DNA of 64,000 bases from positions 1 through 64,000 of IMG/VR virus record IMGVR_UViG_3300009509_000031, one strand, 5' to 3'. This DNA comes from a virus. Made by a program: the position numbers and the translations under genes. Position 1 is the stretch's first letter. Each line of letters starts with the position of its first letter. Shown piece by piece: positions 47,852 to 56,903 of this stretch. The notes below the pieces were generated by a model. The model searched no databases. It was not told the DNA's origin and saw nothing but the letters and a program-made list of their open reading frames with translations.

Positions 47852-48012
47852 CTATGGCGTACATACCGTAGGTTATTTGTTGTATTAAAACAAAACCATT
47901 CTCTTCTTTCTTTGATTCTCTTCTATGGTGGGTAGGGTGTAGGGGTTTTGGTTTTAGAAATTACAGGGAACCATTCAAGGGGATAGGGCGGGATGTGCAC
48001 CAAAAGGGTAAT

Positions 48013-49038
48013 TTAAGATTTGGGTGATGATGGTTTAACTAACCAAGATCCTGTAGATGGGGATTTAGATGATGTATCCGATGCAACAGGTTCTAACGTA
48101 TCTTTTGGGGGTAGTGGTGGCGTTACTTTATCGACCACAAAAGAATCACCATCCGTTGTTTCAATAAGAGCTTTATTCTGTTCTGCAAGCAATGCTTTGT
48201 GTAATGCTTTATCCGGATCATAGTCAGGTAACATTCCATATTCATGGGGTGCTAAATGAGTTTTTTGAGATTCAGCGTATACACCATCATCACGTTTTCT
48301 ATAAATAGTATGTCGATACTTCCAATCGGGTACAGCTCTAACAATACCGAATTCATTTCTCAACGGCTTTTTTATGATGCGGGTATACGTGATGTTGGAA
48401 TGAATAGCAGATCGGGATCCGAGTAAGGCGTGTCCTTGTGTTGCATCATCGATTGTTTCAACCAATTTCTGCAATTGAATGATCTCAGTAACCAGTTCAC
48501 CCCGAATATCTTCCGCCTTACCATCAATGGATTTACGATCGGCTTTCTTTTGTTCAATCACACCAAAGGTATGCCCCTTGTCCATAATCTTATCGTATAT
48601 ATCCGACATACCACGCAAGGCTTGAATAGCTGCATTGTACTGCTTCACATCGGGATCATTGATGTAACGTTCATACGTTTTCTGTAGCTTCTTTACAATA
48701 CCCATCTGAAAGGCAGCATATCGAATAAAGGTTTGTTGGGGTGTGGATTGGGCATAATGCCGAATCATATGATCGATAGCGGAATTGAGATTACGAGTTA
48801 CCGCGTTTTGTGGAATCTGCAAATCTTCAGCAATCGCTGCAATCGTTTTACCCTCTGAATACATGGATAGGATTGCGTGTTGCCGCTTTCTAACGTAGGT
48901 TCGTTTTAACTGCTTATCTTCTTTAGATACGTTTTGAGTATTCCGAGTATTCTGTTTATGGACTTTGGCCGGCTTACGGGTTGAGACAACCTCTTTGACT
49001 TTTCGATTGGCTTTGAATCGGGGTTTCTTTTTAGCCAT
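48013..49038 (-). CDS. HTH protein, putative terminase small subunit
   Basis: RQ.AIL.MYSEGKT..AIAEDLQI...VTR HTH, then helical YNAAIQALR...DKI....G.I; disordered ends. Confidence 0.55.
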   Translation of the reverse strand: MAKKKPRFKANRKVKEVVSTRKPAKVHKQNTRNTQNVSKEDKQLKRTYVRKRQHAILSMYSEGKTIAAIAEDLQIPQNAVTRNLNSAIDHMIRHYAQSTPQQTFIRYAAFQMGIVKKLQKTYERYINDPDVKQYNAAIQALRGMSDIYDKIMDKGHTFGVIEQKKADRKSIDGKAEDIRGELVTEIIQLQKLVETIDDATQGHALLGSRSAIHSNITYTRIIKKPLRNEFGIVRAVPDWKYRHTIYRKRDDGVYAESQKTHLAPHEYGMLPDYDPDKALHKALLAEQNKALIETTDGDSFVVDKVTPPLPPKDTLEPVASDTSSKSPSTGSWLVKPSSPKS

Positions 49039-49049
49039 GGATACACACG

Positions 49050-49475
49050 TTATACCGTTTTTATCTTAGACAAATCGTTTAAGTCAGGAGTGTTGTTGTT
49101 GGTAGTATCCAGATATTTTTGATCAGGATCCAGCACTGGATCCAATGTAACAGTATTTGCCCTATCCCGTAACTCGATCGTGTATCGGTGCTGTTGCCCC
49201 TTATAACGATCCTCTTGTTTATCCTTCGGTAGAGGAATAGCCGTTACAACAACCAACTTTTCACCAAAATATTTGGAGTCATTGAGCCGGCACCATATCC
49301 CAATCTTTTCAAAGTCTCTTACATCATCTGGAGCAAGATGCTTTCCTAGTGCGTTTTCAGCCTGTAACAGTTCCCCTTTCAATACCCTTAAACGACGTTC
49401 CTTGTCTTCATACTCTGCTTGAAGGTTATACCAGATCTTTACAAGCTCATCTGTTGCTCTATTCGCGGTTGTCAT
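49050..49475 (-). CDS. Hypothetical protein
   Basis: 141 aa, ATGA overlap. Confidence 0.55.
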   Translation of the reverse strand: MTTANRATDELVKIWYNLQAEYEDKERRLRVLKGELLQAENALGKHLAPDDVRDFEKIGIWCRLNDSKYFGEKLVVVTAIPLPKDKQEDRYKGQQHRYTIELRDRANTVTLDPVLDPDQKYLDTTNNNTPDLNDLSKIKTV

Positions 49476-49681
49476 AGGTTACCCTTTTCACTGTTTAGCG
49501 GTACAGAATGTAAATGGTGTTGCTTTTCTGCATACACAACGATCGTTGTCTCTCCTACAACCTTTACTGGCCGCTTACACTTATCACACGTTACAACGTG
49601 TTCCGTAAAGTCACCTTCATTAAAAAGCTGTTCCATATACGCATCACACCAGGGGCAATCCGGTAAAGCGATCGTAATCAT
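49472..49681 (-). CDS. Zinc-ribbon microprotein
   Basis: CPWC...VTCDKC. Confidence 0.6.
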   Translation of the reverse strand: MITIALPDCPWCDAYMEQLFNEGDFTEHVVTCDKCKRPVKVVGETTIVVYAEKQHHLHSVPLNSEKGNL

Positions 49682-50052
49682 GGCTTGCTTGTATTCTTAT
49701 AGGTGTCTTTTTCTTTTAAGTAGCGTGCTTTGATAGCCCGGAACATATCAAAGTTACGTGCAATCGTTTGTCCAATGCGGTCTTTTATACCATCAGACTT
49801 TGTTACCAACGTTTCATCGATGATCGTTTCTGGAACATCTAGGATCACTGAAAACTCATATATCTGATACGCTAGTTCAACAGATCGGGTATACAGATTA
49901 TATGCTGTTTTTGGTTTTGAGATCTCAACATGAATCCCATAAAAAGACAACAGCTCGGATAGGGCTTGTGTTGTTATCCATTCAACCCGGCTAACTAGCT
50001 TCTTAGAGTCAAAAACCGTGTCAAAAACTGCATCCGCCATACCTACACACAT
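49678..50052 (-). CDS. Hypothetical protein
   Basis: 124 aa, ATGA overlap. Confidence 0.5.
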   Translation of the reverse strand: MCVGMADAVFDTVFDSKKLVSRVEWITTQALSELLSFYGIHVEISKPKTAYNLYTRSVELAYQIYEFSVILDVPETIIDETLVTKSDGIKDRIGQTIARNFDMFRAIKARYLKEKDTYKNTSKP

Positions 50053-50195
50053 CCAATCTGGCCTATCTCAGCCGGTGAATTTCGGGGTTTTACCCCTTGG
50101 ATCGTGCCTGGAACAGTCTAGGGACCAAAAAACGCCTTAAAAAGCCTCTCAGAAGCTCACAAGAAACCCGCATTATTACACACCGGGTATGTACG

Positions 50196-50384
50196 CTAGT
50201 CCCTATCATACGGAATAAATGAATCAAGGAGTAAAACAGATAACACAATCATCAGCACCATCACACCAAAACCGGGTGATGAGTACAAGAAAAAGCGTAG
50301 ATCGTAGTAATACGCAACAGTGCCAATAATGCCGGCCAACATCAACCAGAACACGAGTAACAACAATCGATAGTAACGCATCAT
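50196..50384 (-). CDS. Small two-TM membrane protein
   Basis: Two hydrophobic segments; GAGG RBS. Confidence 0.55.
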   Translation of the reverse strand: MMRYYRLLLLVFWLMLAGIIGTVAYYYDLRFFLYSSPGFGVMVLMIVLSVLLLDSFIPYDRD

Positions 50385-50693
50385 TTAATCCTCACCGTAC
50401 ACAAGCGGCTTAAGTTTATCTTCCTGGATACTATGCTCAACGATAACTAACCCAACCTCGATCAAGGCGATCAGATCAAGTGCCATATCGGATTCAAGAG
50501 GTTTATCTTCATTTTCTTGTTCAGAGTATCTACAACACCAGGCTTTTAGCTCTTCAAACGTATGTGCTTTATGGGTACTTGTGGCGTGATTGATATACGT
50601 TTTGCACCCCTGCCATACTTCAGACCAATCTGGATAATGCAGTTTACGGGCTGTTTTAACCCGTGGGTTCCTTCTAAACTTAAATCGCACCAT
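50385..50693 (-). CDS. Hypothetical protein
   Basis: 102 aa, GGAG RBS. Confidence 0.55.
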   Translation of the reverse strand: MVRFKFRRNPRVKTARKLHYPDWSEVWQGCKTYINHATSTHKAHTFEELKAWCCRYSEQENEDKPLESDMALDLIALIEVGLVIVEHSIQEDKLKPLVYGED

Positions 50694-50696
50694 CGA

Positions 50697-50948
50697 TCAA
50701 CACTCCCATTTATTAGAATCACGAATCACAGTAATCGGAACAGTGCTTTCAATACTGGTCACAACATACACCCCGTTATCCCGCTTGTAGGCTGTTACCT
50801 TTCTGTAAACGTGATATAGAAGATGGTTCAGTATACGCGGCTTTGTGATCCATGTAACAATGGCGGCTAGTAACCGTTCATACCATGGGCCACCTTCCGT
50901 AATAACGATCCAGTTACCCGCATCACCCTTTGAAAACCGTGTTGTCAT
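50697..50948 (-). CDS. Hypothetical protein
   Basis: 83 aa. Confidence 0.5.
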   Translation of the reverse strand: MTTRFSKGDAGNWIVITEGGPWYERLLAAIVTWITKPRILNHLLYHVYRKVTAYKRDNGVYVVTSIESTVPITVIRDSNKWEC

Positions 50949-51469
50949 TTACTGTTCACTTTCTCTTGATTACGAATCACGGATAACCGATCCATCTCTG
51001 CTAATACTTCACTTAGTGACCACCAACTAGGGTGTCCTGATACAAACTGCAACCGTTTATTTTCAATGAAGGAATGAATAGCTTCCCAATGTTTATTAAT
51101 CTGTTTAATAGACGGTGATACTGTCTTGATCTGTTCAGGATGAGCCAACTGATCGATCAGTGTTTGTAACTGCAAGGATAGTTCCTGCATCCGTGCAACT
51201 AAACTTGCTTCCACGCTTGTCAATGGCCGCTTTAGTTCTGCTGTTTGATTGTCGGCTTTATACCACGTATCGCAATCGTGATAACCTGCTTCATACGCGG
51301 CTTTAAGTTCTTCGATCAGCCGTACTTTGAAATTAATAGCAGCGGGAGATCCAGCGGGATGAACCCGTGTTGTTAATGTTCTTGTTACTGCATAATCATG
51401 TAAGACGGATTCAACGGTTGTTATCCATCTTTTTATACCTGGTGGGATTGGGACTTTCTTTGGGTGCAT
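50945..51469 (-). CDS. Hypothetical protein
   Basis: 174 aa, GAGG RBS. Confidence 0.55.
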   Translation of the reverse strand: MHPKKVPIPPGIKRWITTVESVLHDYAVTRTLTTRVHPAGSPAAINFKVRLIEELKAAYEAGYHDCDTWYKADNQTAELKRPLTSVEASLVARMQELSLQLQTLIDQLAHPEQIKTVSPSIKQINKHWEAIHSFIENKRLQFVSGHPSWWSLSEVLAEMDRLSVIRNQEKVNSK

Positions 51470-51725
51470 AATCGCTTTCCTCTCGTTTCAGTTCCGCTTT
51501 AAGAAGTTCCGCATAAATCCAATCAACAGTATCCGGTTCACTCAAGATCTTTTCTGCTTCACTTTTTAATACAGAAATTGAACCATCCGTGTTTGTTATA
51601 ATACGCTGTTTTGGTTCATCATGGGTGCTTGATGGCCTAGCTAACCACGCCTTTACGAATTCATATACCTTGATTCGTGATAGGGACAACAGATCGCCTG
51701 TTGTTGGTCGTTTTCTTCTAATCAT
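51411..51725 (-). CDS. Hypothetical protein
   Basis: 104 aa. Confidence 0.5.
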   Translation of the reverse strand: MIRRKRPTTGDLLSLSRIKVYEFVKAWLARPSSTHDEPKQRIITNTDGSISVLKSEAEKILSEPDTVDWIYAELLKAELKREESDYAPKESPNPTRYKKMDNNR

Positions 51726-51918
51726 GATTAGTGCTGTTTATAGTTTTAACTTCTTCCGTATCCATCCAAGCTGTTATGTAGACTGGGCCGTTAGTGTGCG
51801 CCCAAACTGATCGGATGTGCCAACCTCGTGATCGAATACACTTGATCGTATCATCAACATCCTTGCAAGTGTTCCCTAGTAGACTTGACCTAACACGAAA
51901 TGTTTTGTATTCAATCAT
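51718..51918 (-). CDS. Hypothetical protein
   Basis: 66 aa, overlapping chain. Confidence 0.5.
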   Translation of the reverse strand: MIEYKTFRVRSSLLGNTCKDVDDTIKCIRSRGWHIRSVWAHTNGPVYITAWMDTEEVKTINSTNHD

Positions 51919-52159
51919 CGATAATCTCTACACCTGCAGAACTAAGAGCAACCGCGACACAAGACAGAATATCTTCAACCCTGGTAAACGAATGATAGCC
52001 GTGATCCTTTGCCACAATAAGCTGATCCGGTATACTTTTCAGTGTGCTTGCTTTGATCCGTTGCTTCATCCGTTCCTGTGCTAGCTGTTTCCTTAGTCGC
52101 TCGTTATCAACCTTTACTTCCATCAGCTCTTGTAACTGATCCATGGTTAGCCCTACCAT
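51911..52159 (-). CDS. Hypothetical protein
   Basis: 82 aa, GAGG RBS. Confidence 0.5.
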   Translation of the reverse strand: MVGLTMDQLQELMEVKVDNERLRKQLAQERMKQRIKASTLKSIPDQLIVAKDHGYHSFTRVEDILSCVAVALSSAGVEIIDD

Positions 52160-52166
52160 GCTTGCC

Positions 52167-52469
52167 TCAAAATGTGGGTGTGTTCTTTTTATGTTTCTTG
52201 ATCACTGCAAGTAACCGATCTGCACACTGCCTATCAGACTGTTTTTCATTTTCTGATAGCTCTGAATAAGCTGTGTTCATTTGTCTCAACCAACGATTAG
52301 TGAGGGTTCTAGGTATTGCAGTTATATACCGGGTTATTGGTTCAAACGTTTCGTTATCCTGTATCACGATCGTTTCTTGCCGGCATTGGCTTAATAGGTA
52401 CCTCATCCAATCCGCCCATATGTCATGGCTGGCTTGTGCAAGCTGTTCCCTTAGTTCAATCACTTTCAT
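52167..52469 (-). CDS. RyR-domain-like small phage protein
   Basis: LA..SH..WA.WM...YSELSE.EKQSDR pattern. Confidence 0.5.
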   Translation of the reverse strand: MKVIELREQLAQASHDIWADWMRYLLSQCRQETIVIQDNETFEPITRYITAIPRTLTNRWLRQMNTAYSELSENEKQSDRQCADRLLAVIKKHKKNTPTF

Positions 52470-52487
52470 TGATCATCCGTTTCATTT

Positions 52488-52733
52488 TCATGATCGGCGC
52501 AATGCGTGATTACGTGATAGTAAATTTTCAACGTAATCAATACGAATCTCTAACGCTTTAATACGATCCGTCAATTCTCTAATTTTCACATCCCGTTTTT
52601 CAATTTCATCAATCAACACAGAAACAGTTGCTGCTACATCCGTTTTAAACCCTAATGCCAATTCCCGCTTATACGTTTTAGCTTCAATTGAATCAAGGAT
52701 CCGCCTTGTAATGGTATCCATTTTTGCACCCAT
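52488..52733 (-). CDS. Coiled-coil hypothetical protein
   Basis: 81 aa. Confidence 0.5.
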   Translation of the reverse strand: MGAKMDTITRRILDSIEAKTYKRELALGFKTDVAATVSVLIDEIEKRDVKIRELTDRIKALEIRIDYVENLLSRNHALRRS

Positions 52734-52833
52734 GTTCGTATTGGTCCAGTACAGCCGGATTCAAATTCAGAACACCAGACATTGCCGGCTGTATCTTCCT
52801 GTGAAAACACATACGTTGTTTTCTTTGCCGGCA

Positions 52834-53376
52834 TTAAAAACCTTTTACCCCTTTAAATGGGTGCTTTGGCAACGGCATTACTTTTTGTTGTTGCTGCCTT
52901 TGTGGAGCCGGAACGGGTAAAGGTGCCATAGGGGGTATAAATTGGGATGGTTGTTGCTGTTGAGTGTTGATCTGTGCTGAAGAACTGGTTACTTGCGGGG
53001 ATCGTCTTCTAACAGGTGTTCTAGGTCTGCTCTGATAGCTAGCTTGCAACATTTCAAGTTTTGTTGTCACAACAATCAAACGATCAGACAGATCAGAAAT
53101 TCGCTTCATTTGAGTGTTAATCACAGTTGCTTGTTCATCTACCTTATTCTTTAACGTATCCCATACCGCAATCGTGCTTTGTTTCGCCGTTTCAGCCTTC
53201 ACAGCAACGTTGTTTGTTTTTTCTTCCTGATTAACACCCATAACAGCATTTACAATACCTAGAATCAATAGAGCGGATGCACCAAGCCCAGTCCCAACAT
53301 TTTTAACCGTTTCACCAAATGTTGCCCCCGATTTGCCTTTCTCATCCGGTGTTTCTTTATCATCAGACATGATCAC
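52834..53376 (-). CDS. Membrane-anchored coiled-coil protein with P/Q-rich tail
   Basis: One TM (GLGASALLILGIVNAVMG), coiled coil, QQQQ/PP tail; GGAG RBS. Confidence 0.6.
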   Translation of the reverse strand: MIMSDDKETPDEKGKSGATFGETVKNVGTGLGASALLILGIVNAVMGVNQEEKTNNVAVKAETAKQSTIAVWDTLKNKVDEQATVINTQMKRISDLSDRLIVVTTKLEMLQASYQSRPRTPVRRRSPQVTSSSAQINTQQQQPSQFIPPMAPLPVPAPQRQQQQKVMPLPKHPFKGVKGF

Positions 53377-53384
53377 TCCATAAG

Positions 53385-53564
53385 CTAGTTAATATGAGGT
53401 TTGGGTGTTCCCTTAATTGCAATATGAATAGGAAAACAAGGAATAAAACAAACCCAGATATGAAGATCATCAGCTGTCTTACAACCTGCAACTAATACCC
53501 GCCTAACTTTCCAATACACGCCGATCCACAAATCTTGTGGTTTAAACTCAACAGCAATTCGCAT
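53385..53564 (-). CDS. Hypothetical microprotein; not in ORF track
   Basis: Manual translation MRIAVEFKPQDLWIGVYWKVRRVLVAGCKTADDLHIWVCFIPCFPIHIAIKGTPKPHIN*. Confidence 0.6.
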   Translation of the reverse strand: MRIAVEFKPQDLWIGVYWKVRRVLVAGCKTADDLHIWVCFIPCFPIHIAIKGTPKPHIN

Positions 53565-53569
53565 GATCC

Positions 53570-53764
53570 CTACATACCCCTTTTTTTCGGATCAGATATC
53601 GGTTTAACTTCATCTTGTGTCCACTGAACCCATTGCATGTTAACAGTAACGGGCTTTCCAGCAATCCACGATCGCCATTGCGGAAAGGATACCCAACAAT
53701 TACGTTTGATGATCTTAAACCGCTCTGTTTGTGTCACAACGGATATATAAGCTGTTACACCCAT
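53570..53764 (-). CDS. Hypothetical protein
   Basis: 64 aa. Confidence 0.45.
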   Translation of the reverse strand: MGVTAYISVVTQTERFKIIKRNCWVSFPQWRSWIAGKPVTVNMQWVQWTQDEVKPISDPKKRGM

Positions 53765-53770
53765 AACAAA

Positions 53771-54049
53771 TTACGATCGCTTAAACAGCCGGCTAAACGT
53801 ACACTGAATCCGATGTAACAACCTGTGAAACCATGTATAACGAATCCAGGCACCGCAAACATTACAAGTGATCCCTGTAATCCTGCAACAAGCCGGATCA
53901 GGTTTCTTTGTAAAGGCTAGCGAATAGTGTAACGACTGATTGCGGTTTGCTAGCTGAAGTTGTTGTGACTGTTCTAAGTTCCGCTGTTTTCGTTGTGAAC
54001 ACGCATCTTCAAACATAGGGTTGTAACGCGGTTGTGTATCTTCAGACAT
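53771..54049 (-). CDS. Hypothetical Cys-containing protein
   Basis: 92 aa, CNVCG. Confidence 0.45.
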   Translation of the reverse strand: MSEDTQPRYNPMFEDACSQRKQRNLEQSQQLQLANRNQSLHYSLAFTKKPDPACCRITGITCNVCGAWIRYTWFHRLLHRIQCTFSRLFKRS

Positions 54050-54437
54050 CAGTAACCCCGATCAGAATCACAGAATTGTTGTTCAGCTCTAACTGCAGTT
54101 CACTTGACAGATCCGAATCCAGACAATCAACCTTTTTCAACACGGTATGCAGTAACCTGGAATAGCTGCTAGCAATCGCTTCTGTCTTTGCCCAAACTCT
54201 TACTTCACAACCGGCCGTTTGCATTGCGTGGCACATTGCACGAATCAGCTCTTTTCTGATATCCCCATCAACACACTTATCAAAAATATCACCCTGTGAA
54301 GCAAGCACAGAATCCAGGTGTTGGTTGTACTGTGCAATTCGTGCATCTCTAGCCGCAGTAACCGCTTTCAAAAAATCAATACCAGACCGCATCAAATGGA
54401 ACGGCAAGGCTTTATCTTGATCCATCATCACTATCAC
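54042..54437 (-). CDS. Hypothetical protein
   Basis: 131 aa. Confidence 0.5.
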   Translation of the reverse strand: MIVMMDQDKALPFHLMRSGIDFLKAVTAARDARIAQYNQHLDSVLASQGDIFDKCVDGDIRKELIRAMCHAMQTAGCEVRVWAKTEAIASSYSRLLHTVLKKVDCLDSDLSSELQLELNNNSVILIGVTDV

Positions 54438-54747
54438 CCCAATTTTTTACGTTAACTATCCTAGCAAACGATCCGTTTGCACCACGTAATTCAATCGTTC
54501 CTTTTGGAAGTGTCGGATCGGGTTCAATCTTAAAATCCATTACTGGATTAGTAGCAAACAGTGCTGTTCTTGGAAACGGATCGGATCGGTTAGGCGGCTT
54601 TATTTTAGTGTCAAGCGTATCCCTGAACGGAGAAAGATACATTGATTTAATCAGCCAACTAACGCTAACGTGCAGATCTTTTGATTCCATTATCCGCTTT
54701 AATGCTTCTTCAGCCTTTACCACTAACAGCGGTTTCTTCGGGTTCAT
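54412..54747 (-). CDS. Hypothetical protein
   Basis: 111 aa, ATGA overlap. Confidence 0.5.
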   Translation of the reverse strand: MNPKKPLLVVKAEEALKRIMESKDLHVSVSWLIKSMYLSPFRDTLDTKIKPPNRSDPFPRTALFATNPVMDFKIEPDPTLPKGTIELRGANGSFARIVNVKNWGDSDDGSR

Positions 54748-54929
54748 CTGTTCACCTGTTTATATTGTGACCAGTCAAGATGAAGCTGAATCGGGATCCC
54801 GTTCTCTCTACTCTGTAACCCTTCCTCGATATACCGCTGTAACTCTTTACTGCGATCTGAAAACTTCGGTAACCTCTCATTCAACTTAGCTGCAACACGT
54901 TTTGATATGGGAATCATAACAACAGGCAT
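54744..54929 (-). CDS. Small RHH-like DNA-binding protein
   Basis: V.IPISK..AAKL.E......RSKELQRYIEEGL; GGAG RBS. Confidence 0.5.
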   Translation of the reverse strand: MPVVMIPISKRVAAKLNERLPKFSDRSKELQRYIEEGLQSRENGIPIQLHLDWSQYKQVNR

Positions 54930-55036
54930 AACGTGTTATCTCCGATCTAATGTACGTTTCACAGACACAATTACACATAACGCACCACTAACAAACCCAA
55001 ATATAAAACAAAAAAACAAAGCCGCTATCAGCACAA

Positions 55037-55339
55037 TCATAGTCCTGTAACAACCCTCTTTTTAAGTTTAAAAGCTTTTGAATTAGATCGAATACCGGCT
55101 GTTGCTTCTAACAGCCCTAATGATTCAAGCTCATATAGTTCCAACAACCGTGCTTTAATTTGTTTACTAGTAAACCAACCGACTGGGAACTGTTGTTTAA
55201 TCGTTTTCAGCAACAAAAGTTGTTTCTTAGTTAGCATCGGAGTAACTAACTCTGGCCGCACACCTTCACCACCACATAACGGGCAATCAATACGACAACT
55301 GCCGGTTAATGATATACAAGAACACTCTCTGTATTGCAC
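55037..55339 (-). CDS. Zinc finger plus winged-helix protein
   Basis: CSC...CPLCGGEG, LTKKQ..LL..I, L.ELE.LGLL. Confidence 0.5.
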   Translation of the reverse strand: MQYRECSCISLTGSCRIDCPLCGGEGVRPELVTPMLTKKQLLLLKTIKQQFPVGWFTSKQIKARLLELYELESLGLLEATAGIRSNSKAFKLKKRVVTGL

Positions 55340-55351
55340 AACATCCCTCTC

Positions 55352-55651
55352 TTACAATTGCGATCTGTTAGCGTAACTCCCATTAATAACGGCTACCATA
55401 TTTGCAACAACAGCTTTACCCTGTTCAGTCAATGAATACACAGATCGGCTTGTTGTTTGAAACCTATTTACACGAATTCGTTTATTTGCGCTTTGAACTA
55501 AACCACAAGTTCTCAACTCGATAAGTGAAAGCCTTACTTGCTTATCTGATAACGGTGTTCGCTTTAAAATCTCAAATACAACACACGGGGATTCTACGTA
55601 ATGAATAGCAAGTAACACAGCTTTATGATCATCACTCAACTTCATCTTCAA
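55352..55651 (-). CDS. Winged-helix DNA-binding protein
   Basis: LS...VL..I, V..SL.EL...GLV, YSLTEQGK. Confidence 0.65.
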   Translation of the reverse strand: MKMKLSDDHKAVLLAIHYVESPCVVFEILKRTPLSDKQVRLSLIELRTCGLVQSANKRIRVNRFQTTSRSVYSLTEQGKAVVANMVAVINGSYANRSQL

Positions 55652-56138
55652 TATTCGTTTCCCGTTTCTTAATCATCTCTTCCCTGAAACGTTTCAAGGC
55701 TTCTGTTGCTGCTTTTTCTTCTTCTTCACGCAATTTTGTAGCATCAATTCCCTTTTCAGCCGGGATATCTTCTTCAAATAACGTACCTGCAGCCATTTCT
55801 TTATGGGCTGCTTCAACTTCTTCCCGCAACTTGTCTAGTGCGGCTTTTCTTGCTGCAGCGTCATCAAGCTTATTAATCACTTGTTCTGTCTTAATTCGTT
55901 CCTTAATTGTTGTTGCCCAAATCAGTTTTACAAGTCTGCTAGGAAGAATGAATTGATATGATCCATCTCTGTTGATAATAGCTTGTGAATTCCGATTTAT
56001 TATCGTACATAGTTCCGCTTTCCATTCCCGGAATTCTCGCATCATCTTTTTTTGTTGCTTTTTCAAATACTGTTTCGCTTCTTCACCCTGTAATATACGC
56101 ATCACTTGCGGTTTAATAGAGCTTTGATCATTACTCAT
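55632..56138 (-). CDS. Charged helical hypothetical protein
   Basis: 168 aa, E/K-rich. Confidence 0.55.
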   Translation of the reverse strand: MSNDQSSIKPQVMRILQGEEAKQYLKKQQKKMMREFREWKAELCTIINRNSQAIINRDGSYQFILPSRLVKLIWATTIKERIKTEQVINKLDDAAARKAALDKLREEVEAAHKEMAAGTLFEEDIPAEKGIDATKLREEEEKAATEALKRFREEMIKKRETNIEDEVE

Positions 56139-56442
56139 CTAAAACACTCCTAATCACTTTAACTGCAGATAACGCTGAAGCTGTATTACTGTAAATAGCA
56201 CAAGCCCTGCAACTAAAATTAATCCAGTACCCGATACAAGCTACAAGCAAACAATCCGCGTATCTTGGACACTGCATATAACGATAAGACTCAGCTACAT
56301 CTTCTGTTAGAAATACGGCATCTAATTCAACTGGATTTGGCCGGATACCACAAACACACTCTAACCGTTGTTTTCTACGTTCAGCCTTAATACCTGCAGC
56401 ATAGTATCTACGTTTAACCGTTCTATAGTAGCGTGAATCCAT
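56131..56442 (-). CDS. Cys-rich protein
   Basis: R...CPRYADCL..A....W..FSCRAC. Confidence 0.55.
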   Translation of the reverse strand: MDSRYYRTVKRRYYAAGIKAERRKQRLECVCGIRPNPVELDAVFLTEDVAESYRYMQCPRYADCLLVACIGYWINFSCRACAIYSNTASALSAVKVIRSVLDE

Positions 56443-56903
56443 CCCCTGGATCCCATCATCTTGTGAACGGTGGTTGTTGCATCCAATATGCCACGATAAA
56501 ACCCATTCCTGTTATTGCGCCGAGTAACAACACGGTATCGATAACCCAAAGGGCATTGTTTGGATACCTGTTTTTCTGTCTTAGCATTCTCGCAAAAACC
56601 GTAAGGCCCGCGATCAAGTACAACACAAATGCCGAGATCATACTTATTTGACCTAATCCTAACGACGGTACCAAAGGGCAATGTTCTATGAGCACATACG
56701 AGATCAAAAACTGTTGGTTTTGTTCGCCACTTACCAGCATATCTAGCATAAGGAACCGTCTTTGATCGCTTCCATGGCCGGTACCCCGATACAATCCCGG
56801 TTTCAATACGTGATCCTTCAACAGTTTTCCAATCAAACGATAAGTGGGATATCGGAATCACCGGTGTTAGAAATAGTAAGCTTAGTTTTAGGATAAACGT
56901 CAT
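56361..56903 (-). CDS. RlpA-like (double-psi beta-barrel) lytic transglycosylase
   Basis: CAHRTLPFGTVVRI, V.DRGPY, ILD; hydrophobic N-terminus from ATG 56903. Confidence 0.85.
   Translation of the reverse strand: MTFILKLSLLFLTPVIPISHLSFDWKTVEGSRIETGIVSGYRPWKRSKTVPYARYAGKWRTKPTVFDLVCAHRTLPFGTVVRIRSNKYDLGICVVLDRGPYGFCENAKTEKQVSKQCPLGYRYRVVTRRNNRNGFYRGILDATTTVHKMMGSRGWIHATIERLNVDTMLQVLRLNVENNG

Noticed and set aside
50053-50195. Possible tRNA or ncRNA in the intergenic gap
   Set aside because: Only a short GGGGT-TTT-ACCCC hairpin; no cloverleaf or T-loop consensus seen
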